From contig MEDY01000189.1 in assembly GCA_001724265.1 (NCBI GenBank), forward strand, positions 1-64,000: 64,000 nt of DNA, in the 5' to 3' direction. Both the position numbers and the translations under genes were made by a program. The stretch comes from Rhizaria sp. SCN 62-66 (Eukaryota). This document shows positions 49,153-60,856 of this stretch, one piece after another; within the stretch, counting starts at the first letter, position 1; each line of letters opens with the position of its first letter. A model generated the notes under the pieces. That model had not been told where the DNA came from and searched no databases. It saw only the letters and a list, made by a program, of their open reading frames with translations.

Positions 49153-52100
49153 TCAGAAGTGGTTATCCCTGATGTCCACCTCGATCTCCTGTCCTAGGCT
49201 GAACACCGTCCCCCCGGTTCCGGCTCCCGCGCCGCCGCTGCGACCTAGGCTCACACCGCTGCCAGTAGCCGTCGAAGAAGAAGAGGAGCCACCGCTGACG
49301 CTGGCGCTACCGTCGAGCGCGAGCGCGAGCGCTGCCGCGGTCGAGGGCGGCGCGGCGGGCGCAAGCGTGGGCGTGCACAGGTGCGCCAGCGCCAGCTCGC
49401 CCGCAAGCTCCGCCGCCAGCAGCGCGAACGACGGCGCGCTCGACAGCCGCGGCAGCCGCGGCGCGCGCGCGTCCGCAGACTCGCCGTCGCTCGCTGTCTC
49501 TCTCGCTATCGGGCCTGAGCCGGGGCTTGCGGGGCTGTGCTGCGACGGGAACTCGGGCGCCTGCGCCTGCCATGCCACCGGCGCGGGCTTGGACCAGAAG
49601 GACGCGAACAGCGAGAGCGGCCCCGACGACTTCGGCCGCGCCGTCTTGTGCGACTGCGACTGCGAGCTGCTGTTGGAGCTGCTGTTAGAGCCATTGCTGT
49701 TGCTGCTGCCGTTGTTGCTGTGCTTCGGCGCCATGAACGCGGCGAGCGCGGCCTCGAGCGCGGCGACGTGCGCTGCCGCAGCGTCGCGCGCGCAGCGCAG
49801 CTCCGCGCCCCGCAGCGGCGGCGGCAGCGCGGGCGGCGCCAGGCACGCGCCGCCCAGCGCCAGCGCCTCGCCGCGCGACAGCCGCGCCAGCGCGCGGGCC
49901 AGCGCCGCCGCCGCCTCCGCCTCCGCAGCAGCCTCCGCGGCAGCCTCGGCAGCAGCCTCCGCGGCGGTCTCGGCGTCAGCCTCGGCGTTCGCAGTGCAGC
50001 CACCCGCAGTCGCGCTGCAGCGGGGCGCCGCGTCCGCGGCGCACTGCTCCTGGAGCGCGCGCGCGGTCTCGGTGGCGGCGGCGAGCAGCCCCAGCACGTC
50101 GGCGACGCGGAGCCCTTCGAGCGCGGCCCGCAGGCGCGCGGCGCCGGCGTCCGGCGCGGACCGCGCGAGCGCGAGCACGGCGCGCGCGGCGACTGCGGCT
50201 ACGCCGCGCCGGGCGCCCGCGCGCTCGCGCTGCAGCCACCCCTCGGCCAGCGGCGCCGCCAGCGCCAGCGCGTACAGGTGACCCAGCGCGGCGCGGCGCT
50301 TGGCCGCGGACGCGCCCGCGATGGGCACCACAGCCAGTACGGCGTCCCACTCGCTCCCGCCCGTCGCCGGCGCAGACGCGGCCGCATGTTCACGCGCGGT
50401 GCCCGCGGACGTCACGGAGCCTGCGGCGGCACCCGCAGAGGGCGGGTGGCCGGCAGCGAGCGCGGCAACGGGGTCTGTCCCCGCAGCGGCGGCGCGCGCG
50501 AAGGCGGCGCGAGCGAAGAGCGGCGGCGCGGGCGCGTGCAGATAGGGGTTGAAGCTGGGGTGCGCGGCCACGGCGGCGAGCGCGCGCGGGGCCGCCGCGA
50601 AGGGCCGCAGAGGCGCCAGCAGCGCAAGCGTGAGGCGGGCCGTGTAGGCGCGCGCCACGGCACTGCCGGCGCGGCACGCGCGCGGACACAGGTAAGGCGT
50701 CTGCAGCGTCAGCAGCCTCAGCCACGGCGCCGCGTCCTCCTCGGCGCGCGCGAGGCACCGCGCGCAGCGGGGCTGCGGCTGTGGCAGGAGCAGGGGGCGG
50801 AGGAGCGCGGCGGCGACGTCGGTGTGGGCGCCAACGGCGGGGCAGTCGCCGTGCGCGGCCGCCGCAGCCGCGCTGCCGCATCCGCCGCCGGCGGTCGCGC
50901 CCGCACCGACGCCGAACACGGCGCGAGGGCTGCCGGCTCCATTGCTGCTGCTGTAGCCGGTGGGCGCCGGCGCGGCGGGAAACGGGTAGGCGTACGTGTT
51001 CGAGTCCAGGTCCGCGCAGGCGCCGCAGCGTGCGAGCGACAGAAAGCCCGGGCCGGCCAGCCCCGCCGCAGGCAGCAGCGCCGCAGCAGCGTCACCGCCG
51101 CCGCCTGGCGAGGCGAGGAGGCGCACGGCCGAGGCGCCGGCGGCGTCAACCGCGGCCTGCACAAGCCGCCGCGAGCGCAGCGCCTTGGCCGCGAACGACG
51201 ACAGAGAGGGCTCGCCCGCGCTCGCGGCCGCGGCGGCGGCGGCCGAGGAGGACCGCAGCAGCGCCCGGGCCGGGACGGAGGCCGACACGGCGGCCGCCGG
51301 CGCAGACGACACCTGCTGGTGCTGCTGCTGTGCGCCATGCTGGGCACTGTGTTGCTGCTGCAACGACGTGCGCGGAAGCAGCAGCGGGAGCGAGCCGCCG
51401 CCAACGGCGCCGCCCGCGCGCAGCAGCGCCGGCGGGGCCGCCACGGCCGCGCCCAGCACTGCCCGCGCCGGCGCGCGCGGCCTCAGCGCCGCCACGGCCG
51501 CCGCCGACAGCAGCGTGCCAGTGCCGGGGCCGGGGCCGTTGGCCGCGGGGCCGGCACAGTCGCAGTCGCGGGCAACCCTGTACTCGGCGTCAGCATCGTC
51601 GTCGTCGCCGTCGTCGTCGTCGTCGAGACCGCTCCCCCGGCCGCTGGCGGCACCGCCCTGCTCGCGCCCCTCAGCGCCCGCGCGCACTGGTGCAACAGCC
51701 CCGTCGGCGGCCCGCGGCGCGGGCGGCGCGGGCGGTGCGGGCGGCGTGGGCGTGACCGCGAGCAGCTGCTGCACGCGGCACGCGGCAGCCAGCGGCACCA
51801 GCGCGGGCGCCAGCGGCGCGTCGTGCGGTGCCACGTGCTCCGGCCGCGGCGCGGGCATCAGCGCCCGCTGCGCCCGCAGCGCGCCCTGCGCGGCCACAAA
51901 CATGCCGGAGCCATAGACAGGGCCGGAGCCAGTGTGGCTGAGGCCGCGGCTGTGCGCGGCGAGGCCCCAGGAGCGGAGCGCGCGGCGCGAGAGCGGGAGC
52001 GTGGCCGCGGCGGCCTCGACCGCAGTCCCGCCCAGCGCCAGCACCAGCGGCGCGGCCGCGAGACGCCGCAGCAGGTACAGGTCCACGACGCCCACCACGA

Positions 52101-55100
52101 GCGCGCGCGGCGTGTGCAGCGACACGCGCGCGCCCGCCGCAGACGCAGACGCGCGCGCGAACGCGGCTGCGGCTGTCGCGGCAGCGGCCAACGCTGCGGG
52201 CAAGGTGGAGGACGAGGCGGCCGTCGCGGCGGCGACGGCGGCGGCGGCGCTGGCTGCCGTGGCCGCCGCCGCAGTGGCCGCCGCCGCAGTGGTCGCGGCC
52301 ACGTCCGCGGCCGTGAGCGCGGCGATGATGGGCTCTAGTAGTGGGTTGCCGACCGAGAGCAGCGGCACCACGCCGCCCGCCAGCGCCGGGCCCGCCAGCG
52401 CCGCACCGCGCGGCTGGGCGGGCGCGACCACGGGCAGCGGCGTAAGCGCGGCGTGCGCGGAGAGCGGCGCGGCGAGCGCGGCGACGGCCAGCACGGCGCG
52501 CGACACGGCGGGCGCCGAGGGGCCCGCGACAAGCACCGGCACGCCCGCCAACACGGCCGCCCACAGAGTCGGCAGCAGCGGCGCGAGCCGCGGGCCCAGC
52601 ACGGCCAGCGCGTCCACGGCCGCGTGCGGCGCGTTGAGGCCCGCCAGCGCCGCGGGCGAAGCCGAGACGGCGTACGGTAGCGCAGCTGGCGCGCCCGCAG
52701 CAGGCGCAGGCACGGGAGTCAGCGTCTGTGCGGTCGTCGTCGGGGGGCAGAGCAGCGGCCGGTATGCGGGGCCGGCCCAGACGCGGCCCCAGTCGCACAG
52801 GCCGCGGGGGGCCCCGCAGCCGCCGCTCCCGCTGCTGTCGCAGCTGGTCGAGTCGAGCAGGGCCGAGAGGGCGCGCCACGGGCGCTGGCGCGGGCGCAGG
52901 GCGCCGAGACCGTGGCTCGCGCCCGCAGCCTCCGCGAGCACCGGAGACACCGCAGCCAGCATCCCGACTGCGCCGGAACCAGCATCCGCATCAGCACCAG
53001 CATCAGCATCAGCATCAGCATCAGCGTCAGCGTCAGCGTTCGTGTCAGCGTCAGCGTTCGTGTCAGCGTCAGCGTCAGCGTCAGCGTCAGCGTCAGCGTC
53101 AGCGTCAGCGTCAGCGTCAGCGTCAGCGTCAGCGTCAGTGCGGGTACGGGCGCAGGTGCGGGCGCTCTCGAAAGCGGCGGCCCGCTGCAGCGCGGCGTCG
53201 AGCGGCGAACGCGGAGCCGCCAGCAGCAGTGCCGCCACGGCCGCCGCGCCCACCGCCAGCCCCGCCGCGGGGTCGCAGCTCGCTGTGTGCGCTGTGTGTG
53301 CTGTGTGGTGGAGCACCGAGGCCATGAGGCGCCGCGCGCACTGCAGCATGGGCCCCAGCCCCGCGGCCCCGCCCAGCGCCACCCGCTGGCCCTGCGCGCC
53401 CGCCCCCATCGCTTGCGACGATGTGTCGTCTGCGGGCGCGAGGGCCTGCGCGGCAAGCAGCGGCAGCAGCCCCGCGCGCGCGGGCGGGGCCCAGAGCGCC
53501 GCGGTGGCCGCCCACGCCGCGCACAGCACCGCCGCGGGGCCCGCCAGCGCCGCAGACAGCTGTACCCCGGCCACCGTCAGTTCGCCGGCCGCCGTCAGCT
53601 CACCGACCGCCGTCAGTTCGCCGACAGGCTCTGATGCTGTCGCAAGTGCAGTCGCTACGGTTGAGGCATCACTCTCGGGCGATGTGGCTCTGTGCTGCTG
53701 CTGCTGCTGCTGCTGCTGCAGCTTACGGTGTCGCCGCCGCAGCTGTCGCAGCGCGCGCGCGCGGAGCCTGTCGGCCGCGCGCTCGGTGGCGGCGTGCGCG
53801 TCGGCCCGGCTCAGCGCGCGCGCCTCGGCCGCGAACGAGTCCACCACACACGGCGACTGCGCATACGACTGCGGCTACAACTGTGCGTCTGACTGTGACC
53901 GTGGTGCGCAGGGCAAGAGCCCCCAGAGCGCGGTGGCGGCGTCGGCGGCGAGCGCGAGTCCCAGGGCGTGGAGCGGCAGCGGCAGCAGCGCGAACACGGC
54001 CTGCTGCGCGAACCCGCGCGGGCTACTCTCGTCGCGCACGCGCGCGAACCGCGCGTACCCGTACAGCACGCGCACGCCAGCGCTGGCAGCGTCAGAGGCG
54101 CCTGCGTGGGCGGGGGCGTGGGTGTCGCTCTGGAGCAGGGCTGCGGCGGCGGCGCGGGGCGCTCCCAGGGACGGCAGCTGCGGGTGCGGCCGCCACCCCC
54201 AGTCCGCAGCAGCGTCGGTGTCAGCGGCAGCAGCGGCAGCAGCGGCAGCAGCGGCAGCAGCGGCAGCAGCGTGAGCAGCGTGAGCAGCGTGAGCAGCGTG
54301 AGCAGCGTGAGCAGCGTGAGCAGCGTGAGCAGCAGCGGAGCCGGTCTGCGCGAGTGCTGGAGCGACCGTAGCGGCGTCGGCGAGCGCGCGCGGGGCGACG
54401 CAGCTGGCGCCCCAGAGCCCGCGCGCGACGGCGCGCTCGGGGCACTCGTTGCTGTGGCTGCTGTGGTGGCCGTTGTGGCCGCCGCCGCTGATGCTGCTGC
54501 TACTGCCGTTGCTGTTGTTGCTCCTGGCGCTGGCGCCGCCGTTGTCGCCGCCGTCGTCGCCGCTGTCGCCGCCGCTGTCGCCGCTGTCGCTGCTGCTGCA
54601 GTCGCCGAGCCCCTCGCCCGCCCAGCCCCAGGGCCGCGCGGAGTGCCTCGTCGCACGGGCCGCCCGCGCCGCGCGCGTGGCAAGGGCGGCGCGAGACTGG
54701 GGTGACTGGGACTGGGACTGGGACTGGGACTGGGGCTGGGGCTACTGAGGCTGGGATGATTGAGGCTGGGACGATTGAGGCTGAGGATGAGACTGTTTGT
54801 CCCGCTTGCGCTCCAGCAGCGCCCGCAGCCCGCGCGCGGCCGCGCACCGCGACAGGCCCGCATCGCAGTCTGCGTCACCGACAACGCTCGCACGGGCGCT
54901 GCCCCCATTGCCGTGACCGTTGCTCCTGCTTGCAGTAGCAGTGGCCGCAGGAGCAGCAGCAGTGAGCGGCAGCGGGGGGCGCGCGAGCGCGACCTGCACG
55001 GTGAAGCAGTGCGTGGTGTCGGTCTCGGCGGGCGAGAAGGTGGCCGAGTCGGGGAAGGCGAGCGCGCAGGCGGAGGCCACGGCGGCGGCCGAGAGCCCGT

Positions 55101-55290
55101 GGACCGGCGGCGGCGGCCACAGCGCGTACGGCCGCGGGCCGTGGTAGAGGTCGAACGTACACGCGCCCAGCAGCGTCACCCAGGGTGAAAATGCCGCCGG
55201 CGGCGCGGCGTGCCGCAGCGGCACCGCGGCGCGCGCGGGCGCGCGGGCGGGCCCGACGGAGGCGGGCGCGGGCGAGGGGGCCGAGGGCAT
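49153..55290 (-). CDS. DENND6: DENND6/FAM116-like Rab GEF, single frame of about 2045 aa with two in-frame TAG
   Basis: ORFs 54742-55290, 53875-54075 and 49153-53847 share one frame. The only interruptions are TAG at 54742-54744 and 53875-53877; stop is TGA. Motifs in order: CTFDLYHGP, LAFPDS, LYGYARFARVRDESSPRGFAQQAV, LWAAVLAGVPVLVAGPS..AVLAVAALAAPL, VVGVVD, FNPY, LYALALAAPLAEGWL. Confidence 0.88.
52995..53138. repeat. (GCGTCA)n hexamer repeat encoding Asp-Ala repeats in DENND6
   Basis: Tandem TCAGCG/TCAGCA units, directly visible. Confidence 0.9.
54223..54336. repeat. 9-nt tandem repeats encoding poly-Ala and (His-Ala-Ala)n in DENND6
   Basis: AGCGGCAGC units followed by AGCAGCGTG units, directly visible. 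Confidence 0.88.
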
Positions 55291-56080
55291 CGGGCGGGGC
55301 GGCCGGCGAAGGCGGCAGCGCGGGACTGCTGCGCGGAGGGGACGCGATCTCGTGGGCTGCGGGCAGTTGAGTTAGGAATGTGTTCTAGTCAGCACTAAGG
55401 GCAGATGAAAAACTGGGAGACATAGGGGAAGCAACGAGCTGGTGAGATAGATTTGAAAAAGGCAGGGTGAACTTGAAACCATAGTACTATTAAGACTGAC
55501 TACGAGTTGATTTCGAGGTTTGAGACGATATAATACAAGTATGTGAATACACTGTCATAAAACATCACATTATTAGTAGTAAATCATGCAACGGTAATAT
55601 ATAGTATGAATAGGCTGGTTGCTCCCGTTTGCCACAGGGACGCGAGACTGTGGGGGAACCTGCTCGTAACGCCATAAAATAAGGTTCTGCTTGGTCGAAC
55701 TCGATATTACCATCGTCAAATGCCACACAATCAAAGTATGGTGAACAACCTACTTGTTTTTACTTGTTCCGTTAATTATACTTTTCGAATTTGTTATGAT
55801 GTTCCTATAGCCGATGAGACAAGGAAAGTCGCGTCCCACACCAACTCACGTCACCACCTCCGCAAGTCAGCCTCCCAGCCTCTTGAGAGTTGAATCCAAA
55901 GCCCAGTTTGTTTCTTTAATGTGGCTACTACTTAATCCATCATGTTTGTTTCACGCTATCTGTATTCCGCTGCATTTTCTGTCTCCAAGCACCGCTCACC
56001 CCTTCTCTTCAAAAATTTATCCTTCATGCCGTCGACACAAACGCGTGTGCTTGTATGTTCACTGCCAGGGCATTCCCGCG

Positions 56081-57898
56081 ATGAATCCATTCCCATTGGT
56101 GGTATTCATCCTGGTGATCGTTGGAGTCATCATCACTGTCAACTTCAATGTCTCCTTCCCCATCCCTTGCTGGCCCTTTCCCAACAACGACAGCAACGCT
56201 ACCAACGGCAACGCCGCCGTCAATAACAACGACAACACGATCAACGCCGCCGTCGCGGCCAACGCCGCCGCAGACCCCGAGGCGGCCGCGGCTACCGCCG
56301 CCGCGGCGCCGGTGCGGCGCGTGCGCGTGAGCTACACGGCGGTGCCCATCGCGGGCGTGCTGCTGCTGCTGCTGGGCGGCGCCATCGGCGGCGACGACGT
56401 GTGGGCCGGGCTCGCGGGCGACAACGACATCCAGCCCTACACGATCATGATTCTCTTTATGGCGCTTGCGTACGTGTGCATCTCGCTCGACTTCACGGGC
56501 GCGCTGGCTTTCGTCTCGCTCAAGGTCGTCGCCGCCGCGGGCAGCTCCAAGCGCCGCCTCTTCGTCGCCTTCTTCTGCCTCACGGGCGCGCTCACGGCCT
56601 TCACGTCCAACGACGTCGTTATCCTCACGCTGACGCCCGTTGTGGTTTACTGCGCGCACTTCGCGCAGACCGACGCGGAGCCCTACATCTTCACGATGTT
56701 CTACGCCGCCAACCTCTTCTCCTTCTTCTTCATCATCTCCAACCCGACCAACATCATCGTCGGCGAGGCCGTCGGACTCTCATTCGCCGACTTCATCTCC
56801 TACATGCTGTTGCCCGGCTTTGTCACCGTGCTCGCCACGCTCGTCGCGCTGTACCTCTACTTCCGCTCCTCCCTCGACGGCGCGCTCGCGATGCCCGCGC
56901 TGGACCCCGCCAAGGAGCTGCAGTCGCGCCGCGGCGCGCTCGTCCACGCCGCCACGCTCGGCGTCTGCATCCTCTTCATGTGCGTGTCCTCGCTCGTGCC
57001 CGGCGTGCGTCTGTGGATGGTTGCGCTGGGCGCCGGCATCGTCTCGCTCGTCTACAACCTCTTCGCGCTGCCCTGGCGCCTCCCCGCGGGCGCGCCCGGC
57101 AGCGGCCGCGGCGGCGCGCGCGGCGGCCACCGCGCCGGTGCGGGCGACGCGCACGCGCAGCACGGGTACGTCGAGTTCGGGGACGAGCAGCTCCAGCAGC
57201 CCGGGCACGGGGGCGCGCTTGGCGTCATCGACCTCGGCGGCAACAGTAACAGCAACATCAACAACAGCGGCTTGCACTCGGTTGTGATCGGCGACGCGAG
57301 CGTTAGCGTGACTATTAGAGGCGCCGACGGCGGCAGCGGTGGCAGCGAGGTTGTCGTGGCGGGCATCGAGCCGAAGCCGCAGGCGCACATGCCGATCGTC
57401 AAGGCGCTGCCGTGGGCACTGATGCCCTTCGTGTTCGGCATGTTCTGCCTCGTGCAGGCGCTGCTCGTGCACGGCTGGATTGACGAGTTTGCACGCTGGT
57501 GCATTGGTGCCATGGGCGGCGTTGACGCCCTACGCGACTCGGACGGCGGGGCGGCGCCGTTGGTCACTTCCTTGTTCATGATGTTTGTCACAATTGTGCT
57601 GTGCAACGCGGCCAACAACCAGCCCGCAACGATTTTGCTTACGCGCATCCTCATTTCGCCGCGCATGAAGGCGATGGGCCCGTTAGCGCACCGTGCCGCT
57701 GTGTTGTCCGTCATTGCTGGCTCAAATATTAGTGCGTGCTTCACCACGATCGGCGCACTTGCTGGGATCATGTTCTGCGGCGTACTCGCCATCCACAAGA
57801 TCGAGATGTCCTACGGTCGCTTCATCAAGGTCGGCGTTATCTCGCTCCCCATTGCGCTCGCCTGCGCGCTCGCGATCACTGCCGTCGTCGCGATTTGA
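56081..57898 (+). CDS. ArsB/NhaD-superfamily permease (arsenite/metalloid efflux-type)
   Basis: Likely start MNPFPLVV at 56081; stop is TGA. About 12 TM segments. Motifs AYVCISLDFTG, LTAFTSNDVVILTLTP, ISNPTNII, CNAANNQPATIL, GSNISACFTTIGALAG. Confidence 0.85.
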   Translation: MNPFPLVVFILVIVGVIITVNFNVSFPIPCWPFPNNDSNATNGNAAVNNNDNTINAAVAANAAADPEAAAATAAAAPVRRVRVSYTAVPIAGVLLLLLGGAIGGDDVWAGLAGDNDIQPYTIMILFMALAYVCISLDFTGALAFVSLKVVAAAGSSKRRLFVAFFCLTGALTAFTSNDVVILTLTPVVVYCAHFAQTDAEPYIFTMFYAANLFSFFFIISNPTNIIVGEAVGLSFADFISYMLLPGFVTVLATLVALYLYFRSSLDGALAMPALDPAKELQSRRGALVHAATLGVCILFMCVSSLVPGVRLWMVALGAGIVSLVYNLFALPWRLPAGAPGSGRGGARGGHRAGAGDAHAQHGYVEFGDEQLQQPGHGGALGVIDLGGNSNSNINNSGLHSVVIGDASVSVTIRGADGGSGGSEVVVAGIEPKPQAHMPIVKALPWALMPFVFGMFCLVQALLVHGWIDEFARWCIGAMGGVDALRDSDGGAAPLVTSLFMMFVTIVLCNAANNQPATILLTRILISPRMKAMGPLAHRAAVLSVIAGSNISACFTTIGALAGIMFCGVLAIHKIEMSYGRFIKVGVISLPIALACALAITAVVAI

Positions 57899-58697
57899 TG
57901 CTTGGTGCTTATACCCTGTCGGTCAAGACTGACAACAAAGAACTGCCTTTTTCTACATGACTATTCAACGAATTCTACGATTGATACATAGCCTTTGATA
58001 CAATTTAGTGGACTACATGATATGACGTGAATTATAAGCTCTTGCATTGCCGCCACTCGATTTGGGACTGGCAAGAGACCTAAATACTTCATACTCGACA
58101 AAATGATGTTAAAATGACCGGTTCATATTGTAAAACATTAAATAATATAATAAAAACATATAGTAAAATTGAATAAGTAATTATTTTAAAAATCGGATGC
58201 TTTAAAAATTTAATAGGTATTTAATGTATTATTTCAACTAAAATTAAGCAATAAATTTATTTTGATATAAAATGTCGTGGTTTTTGAAAACTTTTGAGAA
58301 TGTAATCATATTCTCCAGCAACCGATCACAGGGTATAAAAGCCAACTTAGCTCTTTTTGCTTTAAATAACACAAAAAAACTTTTAAAAGCTTTATTAATC
58401 TTTAAAAACAAAAAATGTTTTTAAATCGAAATAATTATTAAACTATTTTAAATACATACTTATAGAAGGTAAATAGAGATTTAAATTTAATTTTAATCAG
58501 AAAATATTAATTGTCATTTTATTTTGCATTTTTGTTTCAGTTTACTGTTGTTTTTGCAGTTGGGACTTCTATTTGTTTGCTTCCAGCATGTTTTCACAAA
58601 GGGTCGAGAAGTTTTTAAATATACAGTGTATGTATATCATACAACAACCAATAACATCTTTACATGATTAAAAGTCAGATGCGACAAAACTCAAGCG

Positions 58698-60856
58698 TTA
58701 GATGTCTTGGATGGCCTGGACGATGGTGTGAAGGTCCTCACGAGTGAAGCCGCCACTCTCGTCGATTGCAGTGACGAGGTCATCTTCCGTCGGCCACATA
58801 AACCAAATATCATTGACAGAGCGGCCCGCAGCTGTGTTAACACGGACGATGCGGTTCGCCACGACCTGCAGTAACGCGGCAGCGAGCAAGCGCCACTCCC
58901 CCTTGCCAAAGGGCGGCAGTGCGTTACGAAAACGACCATAAAACGTGTCACAAAATGACAGCACGGCACCGACAGGCTCAGTATGCGGCCGGTCCGCACG
59001 CACCAAATTCATGATCGAGTTGAGGTGCGGCCGCAGCACGGTCTTGAGCGCGATCAGTCGTCCGTCCGTCACAGCGGGCAGCGTGATCGTCGGGAAGCTC
59101 GTGTCCTCTGCAGCAGGCGAGTCAGCTGCAGCCTCGGACGCAACGGCAGCCGCAGGCTTAACGGGCGGGAAGAGCACGTTGTGCGATATGTCACTGGTCC
59201 ACTGGAAGACGACGCGCGTGATGCGGCCCACGGGCGTGAGATACCGGTCCAGCGCGGCCCCGTCGGCCGAGGTCAGTGCCTCGTGCAGCTCGTGGTCTGC
59301 CGCGGCCGCCGCGCGCGCAGCGGCGCGCTCCTCCCGCCGCGCGGCGCGCAGCTCGCGCCGCGTCTCCTCGTCCCAGCCATCGCCGTCGCTCTGGTTGCTG
59401 TTGTCCCCGCTGTCGTGATCATCGTCGTCGCCGTCGCCGTCGGGGTCGTAACGCTCGAGCCAGGGCAGCCAGGCGTCGCCACCCTCCTCTTGGTCCGGGT
59501 CCGCGTCCGCGCCCGCACCGTCGTCGCTCTCTTCCTCGTCCTCGTCCTCCAGCTGCTCTTCCTCGCTGCCGCCACTCTGGTCCTTCGAAGCGGCGGCAGC
59601 CTTCTCCTTCTCTTTGTCGGCAGCGCGCTGCTGCTTCTGCTGCCGCTTCTGTTGCTTCAGGATCTCCTGCTGCTGCCGCTCCACCATCCGCGCCTGCTCG
59701 GCCGCCTCCTCATCCTCGTCAGCCTTCACCTGGTCAGCCGTGGCTTGGTTTGCCTTGGCCATGGCCTCGGCCTCGGCCGCAGCACTCTCGCTGCTCTTGC
59801 CACTCGCACTCGCAGCGCTGGCCACGGCGTTGCGGCCGGGGCGGACGCGCTCGGTGACCTGAAGCCCTACCACCTCCGGCGTCGGCTCCGTGGCGGCCTT
59901 CTTCTTGCTCCCAGCCTTCTTGCCGCCCACAGCGTCGGCCTTAGCGCTCGTAGCGTCATTCTTAGCGCTGTCGGCGCTCTTGGAGGCGTGTGCCTGGGAG
60001 CTCGTCGGAGCTGCAGCCGCCGTCACAGACGCCCTGACAGCTGTCTCCGCAGTCGCAGGCGCAGCAGGAGCCTTCGGAGCAGCCGCGGCCTTGGTGGCGC
60101 CGACCGCCTGTTCCAGAGCCACCTTGTCAATGGGGTGGCCCTGGCTCGGGCTCCGCGAATGAGCCTGAGTCTGCGTCTGCGTCTGGGGCTTGGCCGCTGC
60201 CGCGGGCTTAGCCGCCGCCGCGGGCTTGGCGCCCGCCGCCGAGGCCGCGGGCGGGGGCCGCGCGGCGAGGTCCCTGGAGAGCAGCGAGTCCTCCGAGAGT
60301 CCGGCGCGCGCGGCGGCGGCGCGCTGCGCGCAGGCCTGGGAGCAGTAACGCGCGACTTCGACGACGCCCGCGGCGGCCGCGCTCAGGCGCGCGTCGGGGC
60401 CCTGCGGCAGCACCGTGCCGCCGCCGCGCGCACCCGCAGCGGCCCGCGCCTGCTGCTGTTGCGTGTGCTCGCGCGCCTGCTGCGCGGCGGCCAGCGCGTC
60501 GGTCAGCAGCTCGCGCGACGTCCGCGGCCCCAGCGCGCGCGCGCAGCAGGGGAACGCGCACTGCAGCAGTTCCGTGCGCTCGATCAGCACCGCGTCCCAC
60601 TGCGCGGGGTTCAAAACTTTCGTCTGCGGGAAGGATAATGACAACGACAGCGGGTGATAGATGACTGTGAGCAGATGAGATTCAATGAAGCGTGGACGAG
60701 TTCGGGAAAGAGCAATGCTTGAGAGAGACGTACCGCGCGCGCAAGGGCGTCTTCAGAGACCTCCTTCTGACAGAGGATTTCCTGAACCTTGAGGGCAAAC
60801 TGCGAGGCCCGGAGTGCGGCCTGCTGTGCCGTCATCGACTTCTTGGCGGCCGACAT
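58698..60856 (-). CDS. RPAP2: RPAP2/Rtr1 family RNA polymerase II CTD phosphatase-like protein, 2 exons
   Basis: Exons 60856-60734 and 60623-58698; stop is TAA. LNPAQWDAVLIER..CAFPCC and RYCSQAC match the Rtr1/RPAP2 zinc-binding pattern. Long acidic linker and a helical C-terminal domain follow. Confidence 0.75.

Noticed and set aside
52995-54336. Tandem repeats as a CRISPR-like array
   Set aside because: They are 6- and 9-nt coding microsatellites without spacers, in a eukaryotic gene.
41789-54744. In-frame TAGs as pyrrolysine, selenocysteine or A-to-I (TAG to TGG) editing sites
   Set aside because: Sec uses TGA. The sites are in non-catalytic low-complexity linkers of unrelated proteins, the context favours Gln rather than Trp or Pyl, and TAG is absent from gene ends. 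Editing is not formally excluded without RNA data.
55814-56080. N-terminal extension of the ArsB-type ORF from ATG 55814
   Set aside because: Composition is UTR-like and T-rich. Host-like codon usage begins near ATG 56081.
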